Assembly: GCA_002269645.1 (NCBI GenBank) | Contig: NIVC01003616.1 | Span: 1-64,000 of the forward strand | DNA length: 64,000 nucleotides | From: Macrostomum lignano | Lineage: Eukaryota | Direction: 5' to 3' | Shown here: positions 24,754-51,282 of the stretch, in pieces | Position numbering within the stretch: the stretch's first letter is position 1 | Layout: each line of letters opens with the position of its first letter | The notes under the pieces: generated by a model | The model's database searches: none | What the model saw: only the letters and a program-made list of their open reading frames with translations | Told to the model about the DNA's origin: nothing | Position numbers and translations under genes: made by a program

Positions 24754-27253
24754 ATGCCGAAGCACAAGAAAAAGGACAGACAGTCATTGGCTGGTCGGCG
24801 CAGCTTGGCGCCTGGCCAAGGAGGCGACGCCGGTGGTGCAGCGGCGGGAGCTCCAGATCTCGACGACGAGGACACGGATGGGATGAGCGTGGCCAGCATT
24901 GCCGGCTCCGATGTGCCCGCGCAGGACGATGCGGCCGAGGGAGCCGATGCGGAAACTGTTGGCGATGAGGAACGACTCATCGATATGGTTGAGCGGCTGG
25001 GCGAGAAACGGGCTGAGTCCAGGATTAAAACTCTTACAGGTGCGACTGGCTGCCTGCCGCCTGCTCAGAGTGATGATGCTTCTAAATCCTCAGTAGCTGG
25101 GCCAGCCTCCCAGCTCTTCAGTTGTTGGACCAGCCTCCCAGATCCTCAGTTGCTTGGCCAGACTCCCAGAGTGTCAGTTGCTGTGCCAGCCTCCCAGATC
25201 CTCAGTTGCTGGGTCAGCCTCCCAGAGTGTCAGTTGCTGGGCCACCATCCTCCCAGATCCTCAGTTGCTAAGCCAGTCTCCCAGATCCTCAGTTGCTTGG
25301 CCAGCCTCCCAGATCCCCAGTTGCTTGGCCAGCCTCCCAGATCCCCAGTACACTACTGGTTGAACTCCGCCATCAACAGTCCTTATCCCCTACTCAACCC
25401 CTGCAGCCATGGTGTCGCTGCTCCGCTGCAGCGTGTTACACCTGCCGCCCACCTGGAGCCACCTGTTCACCCTCACCAGCGGCCTGGAGCGATGCGCCCG
25501 CAAAGGCCAAGGCATCGAACGGGTGCTGGCCATCGACGCATTCAGCCTGCTGTGCCTTCAGCTGGACGCCGACGAGCTGACCCAGGACATGGCGGAGTTC
25601 AAGCAGCTGCTGTTGAACATTCTCACCGATAAGAGCGGCGCCGAGCTTCGCGTCCGAGCGGCCGCCTGCAGCGCCCTGGCTCTTGGCACTTTTGTTAGCC
25701 CGCAGACTGACAGCGGCCGGTTAAGCGAGATGTTGGCCAATTTCGAAGCGATTTTCTCCGCTTCCGGTCATAAAGGCGACGGCAGTGTGCCAGTTCATTC
25801 TTCGGAAGTTTGCGACCTGCACGAGTCCGCTATTGACGCCTGGTGCCTGCTGTTCACCTTCGCCGGGCAGGACCTGGTGCGAGCGGCTCTGCAAAAGCAG
25901 ATGCGTAAATTCACTGAGATTCTGGAGAGCGGCGATGTCGATTTGCGAATTCTGGCTGGTCAAGCCATCGCTCTTATCTATGAGGGCGCCTGGGACACTC
26001 AGGTTAGCTGGCACTCGCTTCCTTTGTCCCCCATTCGTGTCTTCCCTCCTCATGTCTTCCCCCTTCATGTCTTCCTCTGTTTCATGTCTTCTTCCCTTCC
26101 ATGTCTTCCTCCCTTCCATGTCTTCCTCCCTTCCATGTCTTCCTCCCTTCATGTCTTCCTCCCTTCCATGTCTTCCCCCCTTCCATGTCTTCCTCCCTTC
26201 ATGTCTTCCCCCTTCCATGTCTTCCTCCCTTCATGTCTTCCTCCCTTCCATGTCTTCCCCCCTTCCATGTCTTCCTCCCTTCCATGTCTTCCTCCCTTCA
26301 TGTCTTCCTCCCTTCCATGTCTTCCTCCCTTCCATGTCTTCCTCCCTTCCATGTCTTCCTCCCTTCCATGTCTTCCTCCCTTCCATGTCTTCCTCCCTTC
26401 ATGTCTTCCTCCCTTCCATGTCTTCCTCCCTTCCATGTCTTCCTCCCTTCCTTCCATGTCTTCCTCCCTTCATGTCTTCCTCCCTTCCATGTCTTCCTCC
26501 CTTCATGTCTTCCTCCCTTCCATGTCTTCCTCCCTTCATGTCTTCCTCCCTTCCATGTCTTCCTCCCTTCCTTCCATGTCTTCCTCCCTTCCATGTCTTC
26601 CTCCCTTCCATGTCTTCCTCCCTTCCATGTCTTCCTGAATGTCTTCCTCCCTTCCATGTCTTCCTCCTTTCATGTCTTTCTCCCTTCATCTCATTCACCC
26701 TTAATCTCTTGTTATTTTCACCACCTCTGCCGCACTGTTTCTGTCATTAAAAATCGCCTGTCTGTCAATTTAAATTCCCATTCAGGGCGAAGGGTTCCGG
26801 CCGCCGCGCCTGCCGGACCTCAAAGAGACAGTCCATCAGTTGTCAATCGACGGCGCCAAAAGTCGCGCCAAAGTTGACCGGCGCCGCCAGCGCGCCAATT
26901 TCCGGGACATATTCGCTTACATCACTACTGGCGAGTTCAGCAACCAGGAGGTGAAGCTCGGACAGTCTGGCGAGGTGCTCATTCTGGACGACTGGACCGC
27001 GAAGATCCGGTATCATTTCTTTAGCCAAGTTCTGCAACAGGGCACCAACACTCATATGGAGCAGAATAGTTTTGTTCGCCAGGTGTTCGGTCTGGGGCCG
27101 CCAGTGCTCAAGGTACCCAGCGGCGGACCTGGCGGCGGCCGAATGTCGAAAACTGAGCGACGCTGCCTGCTGCAGGCGAATGAGAAATTTCTCAAACAGA
27201 ATCGCAACGCCCAACGGACTAAGCGGCAATTGCGACTGAGCGAGAGCCAGTAG
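24754..27253 (+). CDS. IFRD1: Interferon-related developmental regulator (IFRD1/2 family), 449 aa
   Basis: Exons 24754-25039, 25407-26002 and 26786-27253 (intron phases 1 and 0, GT-AG). Motifs TLTSGLERCARKG, LLCLQL, DLRILAGQAIALIYE, and AKVDRRRQRANFRDI. Length fits the family. Confidence 0.92.
25085..25348 (+). repeat. 28-bp minisatellite GCCAGCCTCCCAGATCCTCAGTTGCTGG (copy 1), IFRD intron 1
   Basis: About 9 degenerate units; same family as 56205-56850 and 57820-58605. Confidence 0.9.
26035..26690. repeat. 17-bp pyrimidine-rich minisatellite CCTTCCATGTCTTCCTC, IFRD intron 2
   Basis: Tandem units; no AG on the sense strand. Confidence 0.95.
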
Positions 27254-29511
27254 TAGTGGCTTGAACTAATTAACCTGGCTATTGGTAATTTTATTTGGTT
27301 TTACTAAAACATTATTCTCCATTTTATTAGCTTCCCAACCTCTGCTGACGGCCTTTCCGTTAATTTAATAAATAGTCTAATCTTTGTTTGCAACTCTGCC
27401 GAGACTCATTCGACCATATTAGTTAATTAGGATAGAACTGTCAGCTTGAAATTTGTTCGCTTATTCTACTACTGTCTTCAGCAAGTAGCATGATAAGAAT
27501 GCGTACTGTATTAAAATTATTATTATATCCAGTGCCCTAACTATTTATTTTTCAAGTCTTGAACAGAAAGCTTTTGTCTGCAATTTTTCGAACAGACATA
27601 ATTAATCGTTAATCGAGGCTTGATAATTTCTCAAATATTTAATTTTGTTTTGCTGTTGTGCGCTGCCGGCAGGATTCAAGCGATTTAATGAAATAAATTA
27701 TTGCACTGTCATTCTGTCTAAAGAAACTACTTTGATAGCGGGGGATCGTAAAGAACTGTAAGTTTAAACTAGACAATGCAGTAAATATTTGTTATTTTGT
27801 TATCAAGTGTTATGATTGATTTTTATTAAAGTACATTGCAAACAGAAGAGAATTTATTGGTAAATAAAGTTAGTCGTTTTAGTAGTAAACAAAGAAGAGA
27901 AAAAGCATAATAAAAGTAGTTATAACGTAAATATAAAATATTTTATTAAGCATTTTAATACGGAATTTCGCGTGCAATGCATGTGACAAGCCAGAAAAAT
28001 GAACAAAAAAATATGTTACGCGGGTATTTTGGACGAACAGAAATTTAAATGGTACCGTAGTAATCAGTAAATTTTCAAGTGCCGGACAATTACAGGTGCA
28101 CAGTTACAGAAGCCAAAATGAAACACTATGTCAACAGCAATATAGCAAAATTATGCATATGATTATATTATTAAAGTTTTTATATTAATATTAAAGTTTT
28201 TTTGCTTGACAACAGAAAACGCGAATGGACAAGCAAAGCAAAGCAGTGTCGGAGGTAGCTCTTCCATATCGGTGAAAGGAGAGAAACTGAGCTTAGAAAT
28301 ATGCAATAATGCATACGAATAATCTAGATATGATTGCTTTGCAAACTAATAAATCTGTGTGTTGATAGCCAGTTAATATAAAATAGTAAACTAAGTAAAC
28401 ACCTATAAGATATTATTATCACAGACAACATACGCGTTTGCTAAATAAAGAATGTTTCATAAAAACCTGTCATCAAAGGACAAAAAAGTGCCGATAGGCA
28501 AGGTGTAAAAATATGATTATTAGAACATCAAAAAATAATATGCGCGCATTAGAAGAAATGTGATCCGACAGAGGAGATTGTACTACAAATATGAGTAGAT
28601 ATGAAATTATGGAAACTGTATTCGAATAGACTAGATGTATTTTAAAAGCTGCTCGATGGATTGATACGATCCATCTACTCGTACTGATCAGGAATTCTTC
28701 TATCCTGAAAGCTCAACTCCTAGCTGGGCTAAAAGTGGGAAAACAATTCCCGAATTCGAAGACTTCCTGGCCAGCAAACAACTGCCCCCCCCCCCCTATA
28801 AAAACAGAATCGTAAAACTGCACTAAAAACAGACTTATAGCGGAAAATTTTCGTGACTGAATAAAATGCTAGACATTTTAACAACAAAGCCTCCTCATCG
28901 AAATCGTTAACAAGAATTGGAATTCAATGGAATAAGCGAAAATAAACTATAAAGTAAAACAAAACTCGAATGTGTGATTGCAATTGAAGCTCAAGCAAAA
29001 GACAAATATTATAATAATGTTGACTCGCATCGATGCTAAAGGGAATAAAGTTAAAACATTAAAATAAATAAACAAAACAAGCAAAACATTAATAAACAAT
29101 TGTTTAACCAAGTGCTTTTCTATAAAAATTCAGTTTCAGATTTTTATACATAACTTATAGATGTAAAAGTGGCAGACAGAGGAAATCAAAGTGAAAATTT
29201 AGGAATATATAATTAGATAATGCGATGCTTATTAATAATTAATTGACAGCGAGCATGTGTAAACTGAATCAATAATCCCCTCAGTTACAATATACATATA
29301 ACTTAAAAACTATATTTCTTAATCATTGGTAAACTAGAAAAGTAAAACCTCTGTATCTCTTGTAGTTGCTAAGGATAATAATTATATTATAATTATGAGC
29401 CAAATAAACTAATATAGTGAAGTTTTTGCTTTTATAGCCGAATTAAAATGATTCAACCAACATTGCCATGCAGATAGGCTGTTTCTCAGTGCCATTGCCG
29501 CTGCCATACTA

Positions 29512-44158
<14,647 letters not shown>

Positions 44159-45476
44159 TTTAGAGAACAATATTTGGCTGAGAAGTGATCCAGATGCTGA
44201 AAAACTAGTTTGAATTAATTTTTAAAACTCTCTAATTGCTAATTATCTCAAAACAAACTGAATAGGAATGTTTATTGCACAATATATTTGGAGAAATGGA
44301 ATACTGTCAACAAGATGCAAATTTCTGAATGCGCAAATTGAAGCTGCAATTCATAATAATATTTTTAATTAGCTCGTGTTATCTTAGTTTCTCTTACAAG
44401 CAATCTAGTGATCAAGAAAAAATTATTAAATGAATTATGCAGCAAGACGAAACATATTAATGCAAAAATAATGCTTAAATACATAACATTTGTTATAAAT
44501 AATAATGTTTAAATTGGGAAAGTGCCAGAGTCGCGAGCTGCGACTCTTCCACAATCTATTTCTGACATATAATTACTTTCAGTGCATGACTTTTCCAGGG
44601 TACAGTCTATCGTATCAGTCGTATCGTAATTTTATCGTAACTAAACCTATTATTAAACTAGGCCTACTAGTCCTAGGCTTCAGCATCTGTTTAAGACCAT
44701 GGCACTATCTCTAGACTCTAGCTAGGCGGCTAGGCCTAGCTTAGTTTCTAGAGTTATAGGCTAGGCTAGCAGGCCTACCTTAAGTTGGACCTGATGAATT
44801 TTTATTGAGTAAAATTGTAGAATTTAGCATTGTAGGCATGTACATTGTAGCATTCTAGTGGGCCTAGGACTAGGTATTGTACGCCCTAATCATCCTAGAT
44901 TCCTCATTCCTAAGCCCATAGCCTATGGCCCTAGGCCTGGCGCCTAGGCCTATGCTATGCAATTGTCAAGTGTAGGCCCTAGTGACTATATATATAGTAT
45001 ATATCATATGTATATACTAGGATTAGGATATAGTGCAATATAATAAGATAGTATAAGATTAGATAAGTCTATGGTGCAAGAAAAAGAACATCTAATACAA
45101 ATACAAATTACAATAGGGTTTTAATAATTAAACCTTGTTTAAAAAAGGCTTTTAACTAGACTTAGAGTTGTCTTCAATAAATATAGTTAAGGAATTTAGT
45201 AAAGGTCTTAAAACTTATCAATTATACATATATAAAAGATGAAATTTAGAAAAAAATTAGTATATGGATATTGTAACAACTAAATAATAAACTAGAAAAG
45301 AAAAAAACTTTGTTTTTGTTCCTAAAATTTTTTTACATTATATTGATTTGGCTTGTCATTGGGATAATAGCAAACTATAATCTTTTTCATAAAAAAGTTT
45401 TTTTAACTGTGTCAAAATAGGTACATTAGTAAATTTTAGAAAAAATGGTAAGTTCCAACATTGGCATAGTCATTGT

Positions 45477-45773
45477 CATACATGCGCAACCTCCAAAATT
45501 CGGTCGGCCATGCGACTTAGTTTTAACAAAAATGCGACGTAGTTTTTGGCCAAAAATGCGACTTAGATGTAAAAAACCCTAAAGCAAAATTAACGCAACT
45601 TTGGGTAAACGGTAGGAGTAACTATGACTGTATTATTAGGTCAAAATGCCTCGTCAGCTACTTAGTACTACTACTTGGTTATTTTTTCGGGTGGGCATTT
45701 TTGCGACTTCCTTGGTTGGCCGCCAAATCGGTCGGCCGGACCGGCCGACTCGGCCGACTGTTGCGCATGTATG
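45477..45773. mobile_element. 297-bp MITE (hAT- or P-like) between the divergent CaMKI and RPL4 starts
   Basis: Perfect 14-bp TIR CATACATGCGCAAC; 8-bp TSD GTCATTGT at 45469-45476 and 45774-45781; TCGGCC/TGCGAC subterminal motifs. Confidence 0.9.
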
Positions 45774-46418
45774 GTCATTGTAAAATACAAATTCAAAGTA
45801 AATTCTTTAAATTGAAATCAGGCATATGACAGCTTCAAGTAAAAAAGGACCATGCTTAAGGATCTAATGGCTAGGCTATCTGTTAAGATTCAAACATTAC
45901 ACACAATATATAGGCTACAACAATTTAAGATCATTAACCTATTAGTGCAAGGCTCAGCCCCTGGCCCCCCTGCCATTTACCTCAATGGCCAGATAGAGAA
46001 CCTAGCACATGATTTTAAACCAGAGAAGAGGAGAGATTGGAGAGAAGAGAGATTGAAGAAAGGAGTTAAGGGAATAATGGAGAAGAAAGGAGACAAGAGG
46101 ATAGATGAAATCAAAGAAGGCAGAAGAGCAAAGAGATAGGAGAGAAGAGATAATAAAGGAAAAGATATAAGAGAGGAGATAAGAAATTAGAGAAAAGATT
46201 GCTTTTGTGGAATTTCAAAGGACCCGAGGGCCAGATGGAGTCTCACCGACCTGAGCTTGCCAACCCCAAGTGTTATTAGATGCATTATTCCCTTACCTGA
46301 GCTTTGATTGTTTGCAAAAAATGACTCAAATAAATTTCATTTGGTTCAGGATTTGTTGATATGCTCTATTTTTTAGCCAACTTATTTTTTTTTCATGCAT
46401 GCAGCACAGCCGACAGTC

Positions 46419-49400
46419 ATGACTTCGAGACCAATTGTTACAGTGCAAGCTGCTAAAGAAGGCGAAAAATCTGGCGCCTCACTGGCTCTGCCATCAGTGT
46501 TTCGCGCTCCAATTAGGCCAGACATTCTCAACTTTGTGCACGATCAGATGCGCAAGAACACTCGCCAGCCGTACGCTGTGCACGTCAAGGCTGGGCATCA
46601 GGTACGAACTTTTACCTGTATCTAGGAGATGTTTACTAATCCGTGTCTGTCTGTGATAAGGTAATGGGTCAGTTGAATGTGCTTTCTTTCTGGCTGGGAG
46701 AATTTTAGCAGTGAACTTTCTTTCTAGATGCTAGTACTGATGACAGTGCATTAAAATCAAAGTTAGGCATGCCATTTGATGCAAATACTTCAAGTTTTTA
46801 GTCCATGGCTTAGTGGCATGATAGATGGGGTTACAAATAGTAACATAAATAAATAGGTTTACATAATAGATGACGTAGATAATTGATGCATACATGATAG
46901 ATGAGGTAGATAATTGATGCATACATGATAGATTGATAGTTAAAGTAGATAATTGATGCATACATGGTAGATTGATAGATAAAGTAGATAATTGATGCAC
47001 ACATGATAAATGAGGTAGATAATTGATGCACACATGATAGATGAGGTAGATAATTGATGCACACATGATAGATGAGGTAGATAATTGATGCACACATGAT
47101 AGATGAGGTAGATAATTGATGCACACATGATAGAATGAGGTAGATAATTGATGCACACATGATAGATGAGGTAGATAATTGATGCACACATGATAAATGA
47201 GGTAGATAATTGATGCACACATGATAGATGAGGTAGATAATTGATGCATACATGATAGATGAGGTAGATAATTGATGCACACATGATAGATGAGGTAGAT
47301 AATTGATGCACACATGATAGATGAGGTAGATAATTGATGCACACATGATAGATGAGGTAGATAATTGATGCACACATGATAAATGAGGTAGATAATTGAT
47401 GCATACATGATAAATGAGGTAGATAATTGATGCATACATGATAAATGAGGTAGATGATTGATACTCTGAGTCTGAAACTGTTCATAAAAATTGGACATCT
47501 GTGGAGATGCCACATGGCATTCGCGTAGATCACCGGCACCCAAAGAATCCCAGCTATGCACCATGACTCACCGACTGACAATCGCACGCTCACTCCCACG
47601 CACACTGCCGCAGGTGTCCGCCGAGTCCTGGGGCACCGGCCGGGCAGTGGCTCGTATTCCGCGCGTCCGCGGCGGCGGCACCAGCCGCTCAGGTCAGGGC
47701 GCCTTCGGCAACATGTGCCGCGGCGGTCGGATGTTCGCGCCAACTAAGACTTGGCGAAAGTGGCACCGGCGGATCAATGTTCAGCAGCGTCGGTTTGCTG
47801 TGGCATCAGCCATTGCTGCCACTGGTGTTACTAGTCTGGTGATGGCGAGAGGTGAGTCGACCTGGTTGCAGACCGTTCTAAGAGATTCTCATTAAGTAAA
47901 ATATTAGAGGCTAGGGTTGTTAGGGTCTAGTTAGTTAGGGGCAGGGGGGCTGTGAGAAGACATTGCCACGTTCATTACTGCCTATTCCGCCGACTCCCCT
48001 AAACAGGCAGTCATTCGCATTGGCCAATACTCGCACAGGAGTGTACAGCGGCCCTAACTTTATTTAGTGTTAATTACACGAGCAGAGCCAAGCTGAGATC
48101 CCAATTTAGACTCGAATTAATATGACTGCACTTGTAGTCGAGCCTGGGCCACTGGCACATAACAGCAGTTTAGAGGTTTGAGTTCAGCTATTAGGGTAGT
48201 TTTAAGATCATCTAAAACAGTTTTGAGCTAATATTAAGGTAGTTTTGATGCCCAGTTATTAGGATAGTTTTGAGGTCAGTTGCCAGGGTAGTTTTAAGGT
48301 CAGTTGTTAGGGTAGTTTTGAGGTCAGTTGTTAGGGTAGTTTTAAGGTCAGTTGTTAGGGTAGTTTTGAGGTCAGTTGTTAGGGTAGTTTTGAAGTCAGT
48401 TGTTAGGGCAGTTTTGAGGTCAGTTGTTAGGGAATTTTTGAAGTCAGTTGTTAGAGCAGTTTTGAGGTCAGTTATTGGGGTAGTTTTGAGGTCAGTTGTT
48501 AGGGTAGTTTTGAGATCAGTTGTTAGGGCAGTTTTGAGCTCAGTTGTTGGGGTAGTTTTGAGGTCAGTTGTTAGGGTAGTTTTGAGGTCAGTTGTTAGGG
48601 CATTTTTGAGCTCAGTTGTTGGGGTAGTTTTGAGGTCAGTTGTTAGGGTAGTTTTGAGGTCAGTTGTTAGGGCATTTTTGAGCTCAGTTGTTAGGGTAGT
48701 TTTGAGGTCAGTTGTAGGGTAGTTTTAAGATCAGTTTTAAGGGCAGTTTTGAGGTGGTCAGTTAGGTAGTTTTGAGCTCAGTTAGAGTCATATTTTGTGC
48801 TAAGGTGTCGGTAGACCTTTAGCCGCAGCTCCCCTCCCCGGCCGGCAGGTCATCGCATCGAGAAGATCAGCGAGGTGCCCCTAGTAGTGAGCGACTCGGT
48901 CCAGGACCTGAAGAAGACTAAGGAGGCCGTCGCATTTCTAAAGCGCGTGAAGGCCTGGCCTGACATTCAGAAAGTGTACGCCAGCCAGCGCTTCCGAGCC
49001 GGCAGAGGTAAAATGCGCAATCGAGCTCGGATTCAGAAGCGCGGTCCGCTAGTGATCTATGCCAAGGACAATGGACTCTGTCGGGCGTTTCGCAACATCC
49101 CCGGCGTCACTTTGATCTGCGTTAGCCGGTTAAACCTGTTGAAACTGGCCCCTGGCGGTCACCTGGGCCGATTTGTGATCTGGTCTGAGTCGGCCTTCCG
49201 TCAGTTGGATCAGATCTACGCCAAGTCTAAATTGCCGGACAATAAGATGGCTAGCACAGATCTGACTGGTATTCTGCGCTCGGACGAGGTTAAAGCCGCT
49301 GTCAGGCCTAGGCAGGCTCGGCAAGCTCGGGCTGTGCTCAAAAAGAATCCTTTGAAGAATGTGAACGTTATGGCTAAGTTGAATCCCTACGCGCTGGTGT

Positions 49401-50160
49401 TAAAAAGGAAGGCTATTCTGGCTCAGCGGAAAGCTCTGGCTAAGAAGCGAAAGGTGAGATTGAGATATCATTATGGTATTTTATTATTCTCTGGGCATTT
49501 TTAAGGCAATTATCAGGTGGCTTCATAGGCGATTCTCAGGTAGTTTCAGGGGCGATTCACAAATAGTTTCATAGGCGATCCTCAGGTAGTTTCAGAGGCG
49601 ATTCTCGGGTAGTTTCAGAGGCGAATGCGATTCTCAGGTAGTTTCAGAGGCGAATGCGATTCTCAGGTAGTTTCAGAAGTGATTCTCAGATAGTTTCAGA
49701 AGTGATTGTCAGGTAGTTTCAGAAGTGATTCTCAGGTAGTTTCAGAGGCGATTCTCAGGTAGTTTCAGAGGCGATTCTCAGGTAGTTTCAGAGGCAATTC
49801 TCAGGTAGTTTCAGAAGTGATTCTCAGATAGTTTCAGAAGTGATTCTCAGGTAGTTTCAGAAGTGATTCTCAGGTAGTTTCAGAAGTGATTCTCAGGTAC
49901 TTTCAGAGGCGATTCTCAGGTAGTTTCAGAGGCGATTCTCAGGTAGTTTCAGAGGCGATTCTCAGGTAGTTTCAGAAGTGATTCTCAGGTAGTTGCCACG
50001 CATTTTTGTATTTTACTATGCACACAGTAATATTACATTACTCTATTGTAAACTTCAGGCGGACGCACCGGCCAGCAGCCAGAAGCAGCAGCAGAAAAAG
50101 CAGCCGGCAGCAAAGAAAGCCAAGCAAGCTGCTGTCAAAGGCAAAGCTGTCAAGAAGTGA
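46419..50160 (+). CDS. RPL4: 60S ribosomal protein L4 (uL4), 375 aa
   Basis: Exons 46419-46601, 47614-47851, 48849-49453 and 50059-50160. Motifs [72 protein letters not shown], and a Lys/Ala tail. Confidence 0.98.
46860..47462. repeat. 31-bp minisatellite GATAGATGAGGTAGATAATTGATGCACACAT, RPL4 intron 1
   Basis: About 19 units. Confidence 0.95.
48170..48785. repeat. 24-bp minisatellite TAGTTTTGAGGTCAGTTGTTAGGG, RPL4 intron 2
   Basis: About 25 units. Confidence 0.95.
49510..49995. repeat. 23-bp minisatellite GATTCTCAGGTAGTTTCAGA(GGC/AGT), RPL4 intron 3
   Basis: About 20 units. Confidence 0.95.
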
Positions 50161-51049
50161 AATTTGCCCTGCAGTTTATCAGTAACTCTCATCGGATCTG
50201 AGCAGTGAATTTTGGACTTCCAAAATGAATTATAGCTGGTCGCAATAATTAAAGGAATTTGTGGAGAGCCAAGCTTCTTAAATAAGCTCTTAAGTGTTGG
50301 ATTGAAAATTTTTGGCTTTATCATTGTTTCTTATTGAGTTTTTTTCATTGCTGAAAACTTAAAAAAGCAAGAATTCAAAGTTGAATAATTATGTTAGACA
50401 ACATTAAAATAAAAAAGCTTCATTATTTAGCTGAATTATTATAATTATATTTATGCATAGTCCAGCATCAACAACAATTCATAAATTTTACAAAATTGCA
50501 GCATTGAATAAATCCGATTGGTGCGGAAATTGCACATTGCAGCATACAACAGTTCTTCATAAGTATATCATATAATCCGCATATACTACTCAGGCTATTT
50601 GTAAGCGAGGCGTGCCATAATTGCACAGTTTTATTTGCTGCAAAAATGGCAAAGCGTGACTAGACTATGCACTAACAAAATCATATTTGCTCAGATTTCT
50701 TTGTAATTAAGCTTGAAAAGCTGACAGATGGCAGAAGAGGGGTTTAATAGTAGCTACGTCTTATAAATATACAGATAATCGAAGCAAGACAAGCATCCAA
50801 GTGTCTATAATAGCGGCTGAATACTTTGATTAAATGATTGTTAAACTTGCTAATTTACAATAGCGACATAACAACGATAAACGAAAATTTAATTTAAATG
50901 ACTATACTATACTGATCGATTAGATTTAAATACAAAAAAACGAATAAGCTATTAAGTCCAATGCGTAATCTGAATAGCGGTAATGAAGACTGCTCACACG
51001 TGCAATGATGGCAAGTCAGTCACTGAATGATAGGGGTGGCAGGTCACTG

Positions 51050-51222
51050 CAGGACAGGGGTGGCAGGTCACTGCAGGACAGGGGGTGGTAGGTCACTGAA
51101 GGACAGGGGGTGGCAGGTCACTGAAGGACAGGGGGTGGCAGGTCACTGAAGGACAGGGGTGGCAGGTCACTGAAGGACAGGGGGTGGCAGGTCACTGAAG
51201 GACAGGGGGTGGCAGGTCACAA
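51050..51222. repeat. 25-bp minisatellite GGGGGTGGCAGGTCACTGAAGGACA, just downstream of the WDR37 stop
   Basis: About 7 units. Confidence 0.9.
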
Positions 51223-51282
51223 TTGTTTCAAAAGCTACAAAGCTCGGCAGTGGCGAAAGCTGCATCGCCGATACATCGGCGC

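Noticed and set aside
46620-46660. U18 snoRNA homologue (TCCGTGT resemblance)
   Set aside because: Only a 7-nt match to the U18 guide, with no properly placed C and D' boxes.
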